This document shows positions 1 to 9,090 of a stretch of DNA of 64,000 nucleotides, piece after piece. Source of the stretch: Myxococcota bacterium (lineage in GTDB: Bacteria; Myxococcota_A; Polyangia; Nannocystales; Nannocystaceae); the NCBI GenBank assembly GCA_039028615.1, contig JBCCHT010000032.1, forward strand, positions 83,057 through 147,056, read 5' to 3'. Below the pieces are notes generated by a model that saw only the letters and a program-made list of their open reading frames with translations, made no database searches and was not told where the DNA came from. The position numbers and the translations under genes were made by a program. The number at the start of each line of letters is the position of its first letter. Position 1 is the first letter of the stretch.

Positions 1-1056
1 CGCGAGGAGGCCTCGGCGCGGCTGGCCCTGGGCACCACGCTGCGGCTGCGGGGCGAGCTCGAGCCGGCCGAGCGAGAGATTCGCCAGGCCTTGGCGCTCC
101 AGCGCGGCAGCGGCGTCAGCGAGCTGACCATCGCGGTGACGCACAACAACCTCGCCAACAACCTGTTCTCGCAGGGGCGCTTTGCCGAGGCGATGACGGA
201 GCACGACACGGCGCGGTCGATCTACCTCGAGATCCTCGGTCCCCGGCACCCCGAGGTCGCGATGTCGCAGGGGAACCGCGGCTCCGTGTTCATGAGCCTC
301 AAGCGCTACGAGGAGGCCGAGCGCGACTTCCGAGAGGCGCTCGACATCAACCGGGTCTCGCTCGGTCCCGATCATCCCGAGACGTCGCGCATGCAGATCA
401 ACCTCGCGGTCGTGCTGCTCGCGCAAAACGACTTCGAAGGGGCGGCCACTCAGCTCGAGCGGACCATCGACACCTATACGCGGACGATCGGGCTCCACCA
501 CCCGCGGATGGCCGCCGCGCGCGTCAACCTGGCGACCACGCGCTTCGAGCAGGGGCGGCTGGCGGACGCGAAGACCCAGCTGGACGCGGTCATCGAGGCG
601 CTGTCGCCATCGACGGGGACGGGGCAGATCATCGTGGGCAAGGCCTGGCACACGCTGGGGCAGGTGCTGCGGGCCGAAGGCGAGCTCGAGGAGGCCGAAG
701 CTGCGGTGCGCAAGGCCCTGGCCATTCGAGCACAGTCACAGGGCGACGATCACGTCGAGGTCGCCGTGACCCGACAGACGCTGGGCACGGTGGTGGCGGC
801 CCGCGGCCGCAACGAAGAGGCGGCGCAGATCTTCGAGGAGGCGCTGCGCCGGGTCTCGGACGAGGGCTCGGACGGCGCCACCCGGGCCAGCCTCATGCGG
901 TCCCTCGCCGATGTGCTGTGGGATGCCCGTCTCGATCGAGCGCGAGCGGTGGAGCTGGTCGAAGGCGCGCGCGAGCGGGTCGCGGACGGCCCCGAGAACG
1001 AGAAGCTCCGCGGCGAGCTCGATCGGTGGGTGGCCGAGCACCCGCGGCCCCGCTAG
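1..1056 (+). CDS. TPR-repeat protein, 5'-truncated by the window edge; probably the C-terminus of a Ser/Thr kinase-TPR protein
   Basis: Frame 1 is open from base 1. Kinesin-light-chain-like TPR units (LGPRHPEVA, LGPDHPET, GLHHPRMA) and a C-terminal ELDRWVAEHP resemble the end of the kinase at 52187. Confidence 0.85.
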   Translation, partial: REEASARLALGTTLRLRGELEPAEREIRQALALQRGSGVSELTIAVTHNNLANNLFSQGRFAEAMTEHDTARSIYLEILGPRHPEVAMSQGNRGSVFMSLKRYEEAERDFREALDINRVSLGPDHPETSRMQINLAVVLLAQNDFEGAATQLERTIDTYTRTIGLHHPRMAAARVNLATTRFEQGRLADAKTQLDAVIEALSPSTGTGQIIVGKAWHTLGQVLRAEGELEEAEAAVRKALAIRAQSQGDDHVEVAVTRQTLGTVVAARGRNEEAAQIFEEALRRVSDEGSDGATRASLMRSLADVLWDARLDRARAVELVEGARERVADGPENEKLRGELDRWVAEHPRPR

Positions 1057-1072
1057 GCCGCCCGGCGCCGGC

Positions 1073-2653
1073 TCAGCAGCGACCGCCCTTTTTGACTTTG
1101 CCCTTCTTCAGGCAAAAGCTGCCCAGCTCGACCCCGTCGCTGCCCGAGGGCGAGAAGCGGGGCCCGCCGAAGAACTCGACGCGGCACGACTTGGGCTCGA
1201 CCTCGAGGGCATGGCTGCCGAAGGCGCTGGCGGTCATGCGCGTGGTCTCGCCCGGCAGCAGGTAGTAGAGTTCGGTGCCGAACAGGTAGGCCGACTCGAC
1301 GCGGGTGTCCTTGCCCGCCTTGCAGCTGACCTTGGCGGTGACGCCATCGTTCTGGGTCACGGGCAGCTCGAGGGTGATGTCGGCCTGGATCTTGAGCTGG
1401 AACTTCCCGGTGGCGCCGTAGGGCTCGGCCAGGGCCAGCTGCACCTCGTCGACCACGATGGACTCGGCGGCCAAGGGCGCGGCGGCGGGAGGCGGAGCCG
1501 CCGTGGGGTCGCAGCGGGTCTCGGTGAGCGTGCCCGCCTTGAAGCACGCGTCCTGGAGCCGCACTTCCTCGTACTCGCCGAAGGTGCCGGTCTTGGTCCG
1601 CCACAGCGAGGTGGTCACGTCGCAGTCGTCGGGGGCGTCGGCGAACTCGAAGGCGCTCGACCAGTACAGGCTGGCGGTGCGAGCGACGGTCTCGCCCGAC
1701 TCGTACTTGAAGGGGCCCGCGCTCAGGTTGGCCTGGCCCAGGTCGGCGAAGGAGCGGTCCCCGACCCGACATGCGGTCTTGAAGGTGAGCCGCACGTTGT
1801 TGGCCATGGGCTCCTGGATCTTCAGGAGATAGTCGAGGGTGAGGTTTTTGGAGCCGCCGATGCTGCCGCCGGGCGTGACGTCGAGGGACGAGACCTCGAT
1901 CGGGTGCTTGGCGCCCGACATCGCGATCGGCACGAGCACGGGGTCGCACTGGCCCGGGGTGACGCTGCCGTCCTTCCAGCACGCATGGCCCACGGGCACC
2001 GAGAGCCCGCCGCCCATGCCCCCCACCCGGAACTCGAATTGGCACAGCTTCGGGGTGACCTTGCTGCCCTGTGTGTAGAGGTTGCCCTTGATCTCCGCCT
2101 GCTCGCCCACCGCGTATTGCTCGAGCGGCTTGGTGTAGTGGGCGTTGAGGTAGCCGACGTCGGCGAGCAGCTCGTCCTCGCGCTTGCACAGGGACTTGAT
2201 GTGCACGTAGGTCGAGGTGCCGAGCGCCTGGTTGAGCGTGGCCTTGGCCCGGACCTCGATCATGCCGCTGCTCGAGAACATCGAGCCCATGGTCTTGACC
2301 GCGATCTCGTCGAGCTTCACCGGGCGGCGGCTCTGCTCGTCGGCGGCCTTCTTGGCCGCGGCGGCTGCTTCGGCGTCGGCCTGGGCCTTGGCCTCGGCCG
2401 CCTGCTTGGCCTTGGCCGCCTCCGCTTCGGCGGCTTGCTTGGCCTTGGCCGCCTCTTCTTCCCGCTGGACCTCGACGAGGCTCTTGGTCTGCTCTTCGGC
2501 CTTCGGGGTCGCGTCGGCCTCGGCGTCGGCCTTGTTCGCCCCGTCGTCCCCGCCGGGCAGTCGATCGCAGCCGCTGCCGACGAGCAGGCCGAGAGCGACG
2601 AGACCACGCGTGACGCCGCGAATGGAGCGGGGGGCTGCCATGCGCGGCACCAT
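1073..2653 (-). CDS. Hypothetical lipoprotein with Ala/Lys/Glu-rich stalk and three tandem Cys-containing domains
   Basis: Lipobox LVGSGC, EAAKAKQAAEA repeats, three ~110 aa repeats with four Cys each. Confidence 0.8.
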   Translation of the reverse strand: MVPRMAAPRSIRGVTRGLVALGLLVGSGCDRLPGGDDGANKADAEADATPKAEEQTKSLVEVQREEEAAKAKQAAEAEAAKAKQAAEAKAQADAEAAAAAKKAADEQSRRPVKLDEIAVKTMGSMFSSSGMIEVRAKATLNQALGTSTYVHIKSLCKREDELLADVGYLNAHYTKPLEQYAVGEQAEIKGNLYTQGSKVTPKLCQFEFRVGGMGGGLSVPVGHACWKDGSVTPGQCDPVLVPIAMSGAKHPIEVSSLDVTPGGSIGGSKNLTLDYLLKIQEPMANNVRLTFKTACRVGDRSFADLGQANLSAGPFKYESGETVARTASLYWSSAFEFADAPDDCDVTTSLWRTKTGTFGEYEEVRLQDACFKAGTLTETRCDPTAAPPPAAAPLAAESIVVDEVQLALAEPYGATGKFQLKIQADITLELPVTQNDGVTAKVSCKAGKDTRVESAYLFGTELYYLLPGETTRMTASAFGSHALEVEPKSCRVEFFGGPRFSPSGSDGVELGSFCLKKGKVKKGGRC

Positions 2654-2773
2654 GACAGAAGAACCCGACCACCGTCCACGCTTCGCGGCGCGAGGGGGTC
2701 GGGCGCGACAATCGGCGCGAAACGGTGTCCCGTTCGGCGCGCCGTCAGCCTGCGGGCCGGGCGGCCGTGGCTC

Positions 2774-3766
2774 TTACGCGGGCGGGGTGAGGCCCAAGGC
2801 GCTCATGTCGTGGGAGAGCGTCTCGCGGAGCCCTTCTTCGAGCGATCGCACCGTCCAGCCGAGCTCGCGGCGAGCCTTGTCGGCGCGGGCGAGGTACGTG
2901 ACGCCCGCCGTGCCGCGCAGCGATTCCGCCCGGTAGGTGGAGGGGATCGGCACGTAGCGCTCGACCTTCTCGATGAGGTTGGCGACGGCCTTGATCGGTG
3001 CGGCGGGCAAGCGCAGGCGCGGCGCCTTGATCCCGGTGATGCCCTCGGCGAGGTCGAGCGCGTCGAGCAGACCGGCGGGCTCTCCGGCCAGGATGTAGCT
3101 CTGGCCGACCTGGCCCTTGTCCATGGCGAGGATGTGTCCGCGGGCGATGTCGTCGACGTGGCCCCAGCAGTAGCGCGCGCCCTTGGGCACCATGGGCAGC
3201 TTGCCGCGCAGGTACTGCACGAAGGCCTCGTGCAGGTCGCTGGTGTCCCCCGGGCCGTATACGACGCCGGGCATCACCACCACCAGCGGCAGGCCCTTTT
3301 CGATCATCGGCAGGGCGACCTGGTAGTGGGCGTGATGCTTGGTGCGCTCGTACTCGCTGAGCATCGGCCCGTCGTAGCGGAAGCTCTCGTCGACGAGCTG
3401 GCCGTGGGTGTCGGAGTTCACGGCCACGGTGCTGGTGTAGACCGCCTTGGGGATCTCCAGCTCCTTGATGAGTCGCAGGACGTTCTGCGTGCCGCTGACG
3501 TTGATCGACTGCGCGTACGCAGCCTCGTCGCTGCCGAGCTTGTACCAGGCGGCGATATGGAAGACGCCGTCCACGCCCGCCATGGGCCCGCGCATGCTCG
3601 ACGGGTCGCGGATGTCCCCCGCGTGCAGCTCCACGCCGAGCTGCTCGAGGTGTCGCGCCCTGCTGGGATCGCGGACGAGGGCACGCACTTCATGCCCGAC
3701 TTCGCGAAGCTGACGGACGACCCGCCCGCCGATGAAACCGGTGGCTCCCGTGACGAAGTATCGCAT
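2774..3766 (-). CDS. NAD-dependent epimerase/dehydratase (extended SDR, dihydroflavonol-reductase/HpnA-like)
   Basis: VTGATGFIG Rossmann motif, YTST, YERTK (YxxxK), PGVVYGPGD, HVDDIARGH. Confidence 0.92.
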   Translation of the reverse strand: MRYFVTGATGFIGGRVVRQLREVGHEVRALVRDPSRARHLEQLGVELHAGDIRDPSSMRGPMAGVDGVFHIAAWYKLGSDEAAYAQSINVSGTQNVLRLIKELEIPKAVYTSTVAVNSDTHGQLVDESFRYDGPMLSEYERTKHHAHYQVALPMIEKGLPLVVVMPGVVYGPGDTSDLHEAFVQYLRGKLPMVPKGARYCWGHVDDIARGHILAMDKGQVGQSYILAGEPAGLLDALDLAEGITGIKAPRLRLPAAPIKAVANLIEKVERYVPIPSTYRAESLRGTAGVTYLARADKARRELGWTVRSLEEGLRETLSHDMSALGLTPPA

Positions 3767-3856
3767 CGAGGGGCGACGCTAACCCGAATCCCGGGGCGAC
3801 GGAACCGAGGGCGCTCACCCGTTCCGATTGCGGGCGTGCAGGCCCGCTGGCGCGCT

Positions 3857-4228
3857 CTATCGCCCGCGGAGGCGACGAAGCTGGCGGAGGTCCCTCTTGC
3901 TGGGCCGCCCCGCGCCTCGATCACGCGTGATCTGCTCGGCCTGCTCCTCTTTGGGCAGCGGCGCGGGGGTGTGGTCGATGTACAGGGTTCGCGCGACGCT
4001 GGCCGGGCCGCGGCGATCGCCGAGCGCCACGACCTCGAGGATGCGCAGGCCGCCGTGGGTGCGGACCTCGACCCGAACCCCCGGGCTGATGGACTTGGCC
4101 GCCTTGACGGAGGTGCCGTCGACCTTGACGTGGCCGGCCGAGCACGCGGTGGACGCTTGCGAGCGCGTCTTGAAGCAGCGCGCGGCCCACAGCCACTTGT
4201 CGATGCGAACCTCGGTCAGCTCGGCCAT
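3857..4228 (-). CDS. hslR: RNA-binding S4 domain protein, Hsp15
   Basis: RIDKWLWAARCFKTRSQA, ARTLY and GRPSKRDLR motifs. Start reassigned to the ATG at 4228. Confidence 0.9.
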   Translation of the reverse strand: MAELTEVRIDKWLWAARCFKTRSQASTACSAGHVKVDGTSVKAAKSISPGVRVEVRTHGGLRILEVVALGDRRGPASVARTLYIDHTPAPLPKEEQAEQITRDRGAGRPSKRDLRQLRRLRGR

Positions 4229-4245
4229 GCGGGCAGGATAGCGCG

Positions 4246-7200
4246 TCAGCGCCGTCGTGGGGCGAGCTTGCGCCATCCCCGACGCGCGGAGTCGGAGAGG
4301 TCTTCGAGCGTGGCGTAGGCCGCAGGCAGGAACATCAGGCTCATCAGCGTGCTGGTGGTCAGCCCGCCCGCGATCACGATGGCGATGGAGTGGTAGTAGA
4401 CCCCGGCCAGGGTGGGGTGATGGATCAGCATGGGCACCAGGCCCAAGATGGTGGTGACCATGGTCATCATGATCGGCCGGATGCGGTCCTTGCCCGCGCG
4501 GCGGAGGGCTTCGTCGCGCGTCATGCCCTGGGCCCGCAGCTGGGTGATCCGATCGACCAGCATGATCCCGTTGTTGACCACGATGCCTATCAAGATGAAA
4601 AAGCCGACGACCGCGGTGGTGTCGAGCGTGGTGTCGGTGAGCCATAGGGCCCACGGCGCACCGAAGCAGCCGAGCAGGCAGGTCACCAGGATGCCGAGCG
4701 GCTGTAGGAAGCTCTCGAACAGCGAGGCCATCACCGCGTAGACGAGCAGCAGGCACAGGCCGAGATTGATCAGCATCTCGTTGCCGGCCTCCTGTTGCTT
4801 GCGCCACCGCGTGCCGCGACCCCAGCTATATCCCAACGGCATCTCGAAGTCGGCCATCGCCTCGTCGACCACTTCCCAGTTACCCCGCGGGTCGGGCTGG
4901 AAGAAGTGGACCTGGAGCTTGACCTCGGTCTGCCGATCGACGCGCTGGATCCAGAAGGGGCGCCGGGAGATCTCGATGCTGGCGATGGCGCTGAGCGGGA
5001 CCTCTTGGTCGCTGCCCAGCGGGATCCGCAGGTCGCGGAGCTCGGCCATGCCCGCCTCGCTGTTCTCGCCGAACTGCGCGCTCAGCCGCAGCTGAATCTC
5101 GCCGCGAGAGCCTCGCACGCTGCCCAGCGGCAGCCCCTGGAAGGCCAGGGAGATGCGTCGCGCCACCTCGTCGGCAGAAAGGCCCAGGCTGCTCAGGCGC
5201 GCGCGGTCGAGGGTGACGTGCAGCTCCTCGGCCCCCTCCTCGTAGGGGGTATTGATGAAGTCGTAGGTGCCCTCGGCCGGCTCCTCGCGGTCGCCCTTGG
5301 TGAGGCGGGCCGCGAGGTGGTCGGCGACCCGTCGCGACAGCGGCATCAGCTCGCCCATGTCCTCGCCGCGGATGGCGAACTCGACGACGCGAGGGTCGTT
5401 GTTTTCCCGCCATGAATCGCGGCGCTCGCCGACCCGGTACTGCACGCCGGGCTGGGCGGGCAGGGCTTCTCGCAGCGCGGTCTTGAAGGTCAGGACTTCT
5501 TTTTCGCTCTGGAACGCTTCGTGGGGGTAGGCGCGGCAGTTGCCCCACCAGTCACCCCACGAGCACGAGACCGACTCGACCCCGAGCTCGTCGCGGCGGG
5601 CCAGCAGGGCCTGCTCGGCGACGGCGACGACCTCTCCGATCTTCTCGGCGCCCCGGCTGCCCGCCAGCTGGAAGCGAATGGGGACGTTGTCCTCCTGCTC
5701 CTCCGCCTCGCCGAGCTTCATGTTGTCGATGAGCGGGCTGCCGGGGATCTGCACCGACGCGGCGAGCACGAGCCCCAGCAGGATCGAGATGCGAGGGAGC
5801 CGGAGCGTGCGCTCGATGAGCCAGGCGTAGCCGTTGGCCACCCGGTCGAGCACGGGGTGGTGCAAGACCTTGGGGCGAGGCTTGAGCACACGCCCCATCA
5901 ACAGCGGCACTGCGGTCTGCGAGATGACGAGGCTGGCGATGAGGCCGATGGCGAAGGTGCTGCCCAGCGGTCGTAGATAGGCCGAGGCCCGGTCGCTGGG
6001 GTCGCCCATCTGCAGCGGGATGAACACGATGATCGTGCTCAGGGTGGAGGCGATGGTGGCGAAGCCGACCTCGCGCGCCCCGAGCTGGGCCGCGCGCAAG
6101 GGGGGCTCGCCGCGGCGGCTATGCGACGCGATGGCCTCGACGATGACCACCGCGTTGTCGATGAGCATGCCGACCGCGAGCACCAGGCCGAGCATCACGA
6201 TGCAGTTGAGGTCGCTGCCCTGCATGAACAGCACCGCGCACGCGGCCGTCACGCTCAGCGGAATGCACAGCGCGGCGGCGAAGGTCGTGCTCATCCGATG
6301 CAGGAACATCAGCAGCACGAAGAACGCGAGCAGCCCGCCCCATAGACCGGTGTCCCGTAGGTCCGACAGGGTCTGGAGGATGATCTCGCCCTGGTCGTGG
6401 AACACCAGGAGCTCGATGCCGTCGAGGTCCGGGTCGCGGCCGAGCTTTTCGATCTCCGCGCGGATGGCCTGGGTGACCTCGACAGTGCTGGCCCCGGCCG
6501 AGGCGAAGATCTCGAGGTTGATGGCGGTGCGCCCGTTGAGCGTCTTGCCGTCGCGGTTTTCTTCGGGGTGCACCGACACGTCCGCCACCTCGCTCAGCGC
6601 GGCGAAGCCAGTGTTGGCGGTGGTCGGCACCTCGACCGTGGCCGTGACCCCGTCCGAGCTGACGGTGGCGGCCTCCGAGCGCGCGGCCGCGGCATCGATG
6701 GCATCGCCGCGCCGCCGCAGGGGCAGCTGCGCAAAGGCCTCGGGATCGGCGGGCCGGGCCGGGCTGCGAATCCCCGCCTCGGTGCCGCCAGGCTTGAGCA
6801 CGCCCAGGCTGCGACCCTGCCGGGCATCGCGGACGGAGGTGCTCAGCTCTTGCAGCGAGACCCCGGTGCGCCCCGTTTCCTCGATGTCGACCGCGATCTC
6901 GAGCTCGTGCGGCTTGACGCCTTGCAGCTCGACGCGGGCCACCCCCGGCACGCGCTCGACCGCCCGGACCACCTTCTCCTCGATGAGGTAGTAGTCCTGG
7001 GAAAGGTCGGTGCCGCTGGAGATCCGCATCTCCATGACCGGGTCGTCCGAGGAGTCTCCGCGGGTGCCGATCTGGATCTGGCGCACGAAGTCGGGCAGCT
7101 TGGGCCGGGCGCGCTCGATGCGGTCGCGCAGCTCGAGCTTGCGGGCGTCGAGATCGGTGCCGGGCTCGAACGCGAGGTTGAGGCGCACGCCCCAGGTGCC

Positions 7201-7461
7201 CGTGCCCACCTGAATGCGGCTGAGGTCGCGGATGCCCGAGACCTCCTCCTCGAGCGGCCGAACGACGTCGCGCTCGAGGACCTCCGGGCTGGTGCGGTCG
7301 ATGCTGACGCGGACCCAGGCGTTGGCCGAGGTGCTGCGCGGCAGGAAGGCCAGCGGCATCTGAGTCGCCCCGATGACCCCCAGCACCAGCACGGCGACCA
7401 GCAGCATGCCGACCGTGACCGGGCGGGCGAGGGCGAAATCCGAGAGGCTCCAGCGACGCAT
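4246..7461 (-). CDS. AcrB/AcrD/AcrF family RND transporter permease
   Basis: 1071 aa, ARPVT N-terminus, GMLIDNAVVIVE, ASLFES, GIVVNNGIMLVD, RIRPIMMT motifs. Confidence 0.93.
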   Translation of the reverse strand: MRRWSLSDFALARPVTVGMLLVAVLVLGVIGATQMPLAFLPRSTSANAWVRVSIDRTSPEVLERDVVRPLEEEVSGIRDLSRIQVGTGTWGVRLNLAFEPGTDLDARKLELRDRIERARPKLPDFVRQIQIGTRGDSSDDPVMEMRISSGTDLSQDYYLIEEKVVRAVERVPGVARVELQGVKPHELEIAVDIEETGRTGVSLQELSTSVRDARQGRSLGVLKPGGTEAGIRSPARPADPEAFAQLPLRRRGDAIDAAAARSEAATVSSDGVTATVEVPTTANTGFAALSEVADVSVHPEENRDGKTLNGRTAINLEIFASAGASTVEVTQAIRAEIEKLGRDPDLDGIELLVFHDQGEIILQTLSDLRDTGLWGGLLAFFVLLMFLHRMSTTFAAALCIPLSVTAACAVLFMQGSDLNCIVMLGLVLAVGMLIDNAVVIVEAIASHSRRGEPPLRAAQLGAREVGFATIASTLSTIIVFIPLQMGDPSDRASAYLRPLGSTFAIGLIASLVISQTAVPLLMGRVLKPRPKVLHHPVLDRVANGYAWLIERTLRLPRISILLGLVLAASVQIPGSPLIDNMKLGEAEEQEDNVPIRFQLAGSRGAEKIGEVVAVAEQALLARRDELGVESVSCSWGDWWGNCRAYPHEAFQSEKEVLTFKTALREALPAQPGVQYRVGERRDSWRENNDPRVVEFAIRGEDMGELMPLSRRVADHLAARLTKGDREEPAEGTYDFINTPYEEGAEELHVTLDRARLSSLGLSADEVARRISLAFQGLPLGSVRGSRGEIQLRLSAQFGENSEAGMAELRDLRIPLGSDQEVPLSAIASIEISRRPFWIQRVDRQTEVKLQVHFFQPDPRGNWEVVDEAMADFEMPLGYSWGRGTRWRKQQEAGNEMLINLGLCLLLVYAVMASLFESFLQPLGILVTCLLGCFGAPWALWLTDTTLDTTAVVGFFILIGIVVNNGIMLVDRITQLRAQGMTRDEALRRAGKDRIRPIMMTMVTTILGLVPMLIHHPTLAGVYYHSIAIVIAGGLTTSTLMSLMFLPAAYATLEDLSDSARRGWRKLAPRRR

Positions 7462-7701
7462 TGTTCCCGAAAACGGCGCTCAGGGTAGCAAGGAAACCGG
7501 CTGACCCGGGGGCCTCGCCGACTGCGCCGACGCGGGCTTCCCGACGTCGACGAGTGAAACCCGCGGTCGGCCATCTTTGGGCCGTGAGTGTGTGTTTCGG
7601 CGAGGCCGCGTTCGGCGTGCGGAGGGTCCCGTCGCGAGTGGAGCGGGAAAATCGGGTGCTGGTGTTCGCCGCGAGCGCCGCCAAGTACCATCCAGGGCGA
7701 C

Positions 7702-9090
7702 ATGACCGACATCGTCAGTCCCATCGACGACCAGGCCGTCTACACCTTCCGCGAGCTCACGGAAGACGAAGCGCGACAGCGGCTGGCCACGGCGGCCGAG
7801 GTGCAGAAGCAGTGGGCCCAGGTTCCGCTGTCGCAGCGCCTCGAGGTCTGCCGCGGGATGCTCGATCGCTACGCCGAGTTCGAAGAGGACTACGCCGAGC
7901 AGATCAGCCGCATGATGGGCAAGCCTATCGGTCAGGCCCGCGGGGAGTTCCGCGGACCCATGCGCGAGCGGACCTTGAAGCTGTGCGAGCTGGCCGAGGC
8001 TGCGCTCGCCGACGAGACGCTCCCCGCCAAGACCGGCTTCCATCGCTTCATCCGTCGCGAGCCGGTCGGCACCGTGCTCGATATCGCGGCCTGGAACTAC
8101 CCGCTCATCATCCCGATCAACGTGGTGGTGCCGGCCGTGCTCGGCGGCAACGCGGTCATGATCAAGCACGCCTACCAGACCGCGCTGGTGGCCGATCAGC
8201 TCGAGCAGGCGTTCACCTCGGCCGGGGCCCCCGAGGGCTTGGTGCAGGCGCTCCCCGTGGGGCACGTGACGGTGGCCGAGCTCATCGCGCGCCGCAGCTT
8301 CGGGTTCGTGGCCTTCACCGGCTCGGTTCGTGGCGGCCACGAGGTCTACCGCACGGTGGCCCGCGACAACTTCATCGGTGTCGGCCTGGAGCTGGGCGGC
8401 AAGGACCCGGCCATCGTCCTGCCCGATTGCGACTTCGAGCACGCGATCGAGTCGCTGGTGGACGGCGCGTTCTTCAACGCGGGCCAGAGCTGCTGCGGCA
8501 TCGAGCGCATCTACGTGCACGGCGACATCTACGACCGCTTCGTCGAGGCCTACGTGGCCAAGACCCGCGAGCAGGTGGTGGGCAACCCCCTCGAGGCGGG
8601 CACGACCATGGGCCCGGTGGTCAACGCGGCCGCGGCCGAGCGCATCTCCGGCCACATCGAGCAGGCCGTGGCGCGCGGGGCCACCATCCGCTGTGGCGCC
8701 AGCGACTTCGAGGTGCCCGACCTCAGCAGCTGCTACCTCGCGCCGCACGTGTTGGTCGACGTCGACCACGAGATGGACGTGATGACCGAAGAGACCTTCG
8801 GCCCGGTGGTCGGCATCATGAAGGTCGGCGACGAGGCCGAGGCCCTGCGACTGGCCAACGACTCCGAGTACGGCCTCACCGCGTCGGTGTGGACGGCGGA
8901 CCAGCGGCGCGGCATGGCGCTGATGCAGCAGCTCGACGCGGGCACCGTGTATCTCAACCGCTGTGACTATCTCGACCCCGGCCTGGCCTGGACCGGGGTC
9001 AAGGACTCGGGGCACGGCGCCTCGTTGTCCTCGCTGGGATTCCAGTCCGTGACCCGTCCCAAGAGCTTCCACCTGCGTACGGAGACCTGA
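7702..9090 (+). CDS. Aldehyde dehydrogenase
   Basis: AWNYP, FTGS, LELGGKDP, GQSCC catalytic Cys, EETFGP. Start chosen at the ATG at 7702. Confidence 0.95.
   Translation: MTDIVSPIDDQAVYTFRELTEDEARQRLATAAEVQKQWAQVPLSQRLEVCRGMLDRYAEFEEDYAEQISRMMGKPIGQARGEFRGPMRERTLKLCELAEAALADETLPAKTGFHRFIRREPVGTVLDIAAWNYPLIIPINVVVPAVLGGNAVMIKHAYQTALVADQLEQAFTSAGAPEGLVQALPVGHVTVAELIARRSFGFVAFTGSVRGGHEVYRTVARDNFIGVGLELGGKDPAIVLPDCDFEHAIESLVDGAFFNAGQSCCGIERIYVHGDIYDRFVEAYVAKTREQVVGNPLEAGTTMGPVVNAAAAERISGHIEQAVARGATIRCGASDFEVPDLSSCYLAPHVLVDVDHEMDVMTEETFGPVVGIMKVGDEAEALRLANDSEYGLTASVWTADQRRGMALMQQLDAGTVYLNRCDYLDPGLAWTGVKDSGHGASLSSLGFQSVTRPKSFHLRTET

Noticed and set aside
911..4318. 1135 aa plus-strand ORF
   Set aside because: Antisense shadow of real minus-strand genes; high GC suppresses stops; no motifs.
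7462..7701. Possible tRNA or riboswitch in the divergent intergenic region
   Set aside because: No cloverleaf, T-loop or recognisable aptamer found.
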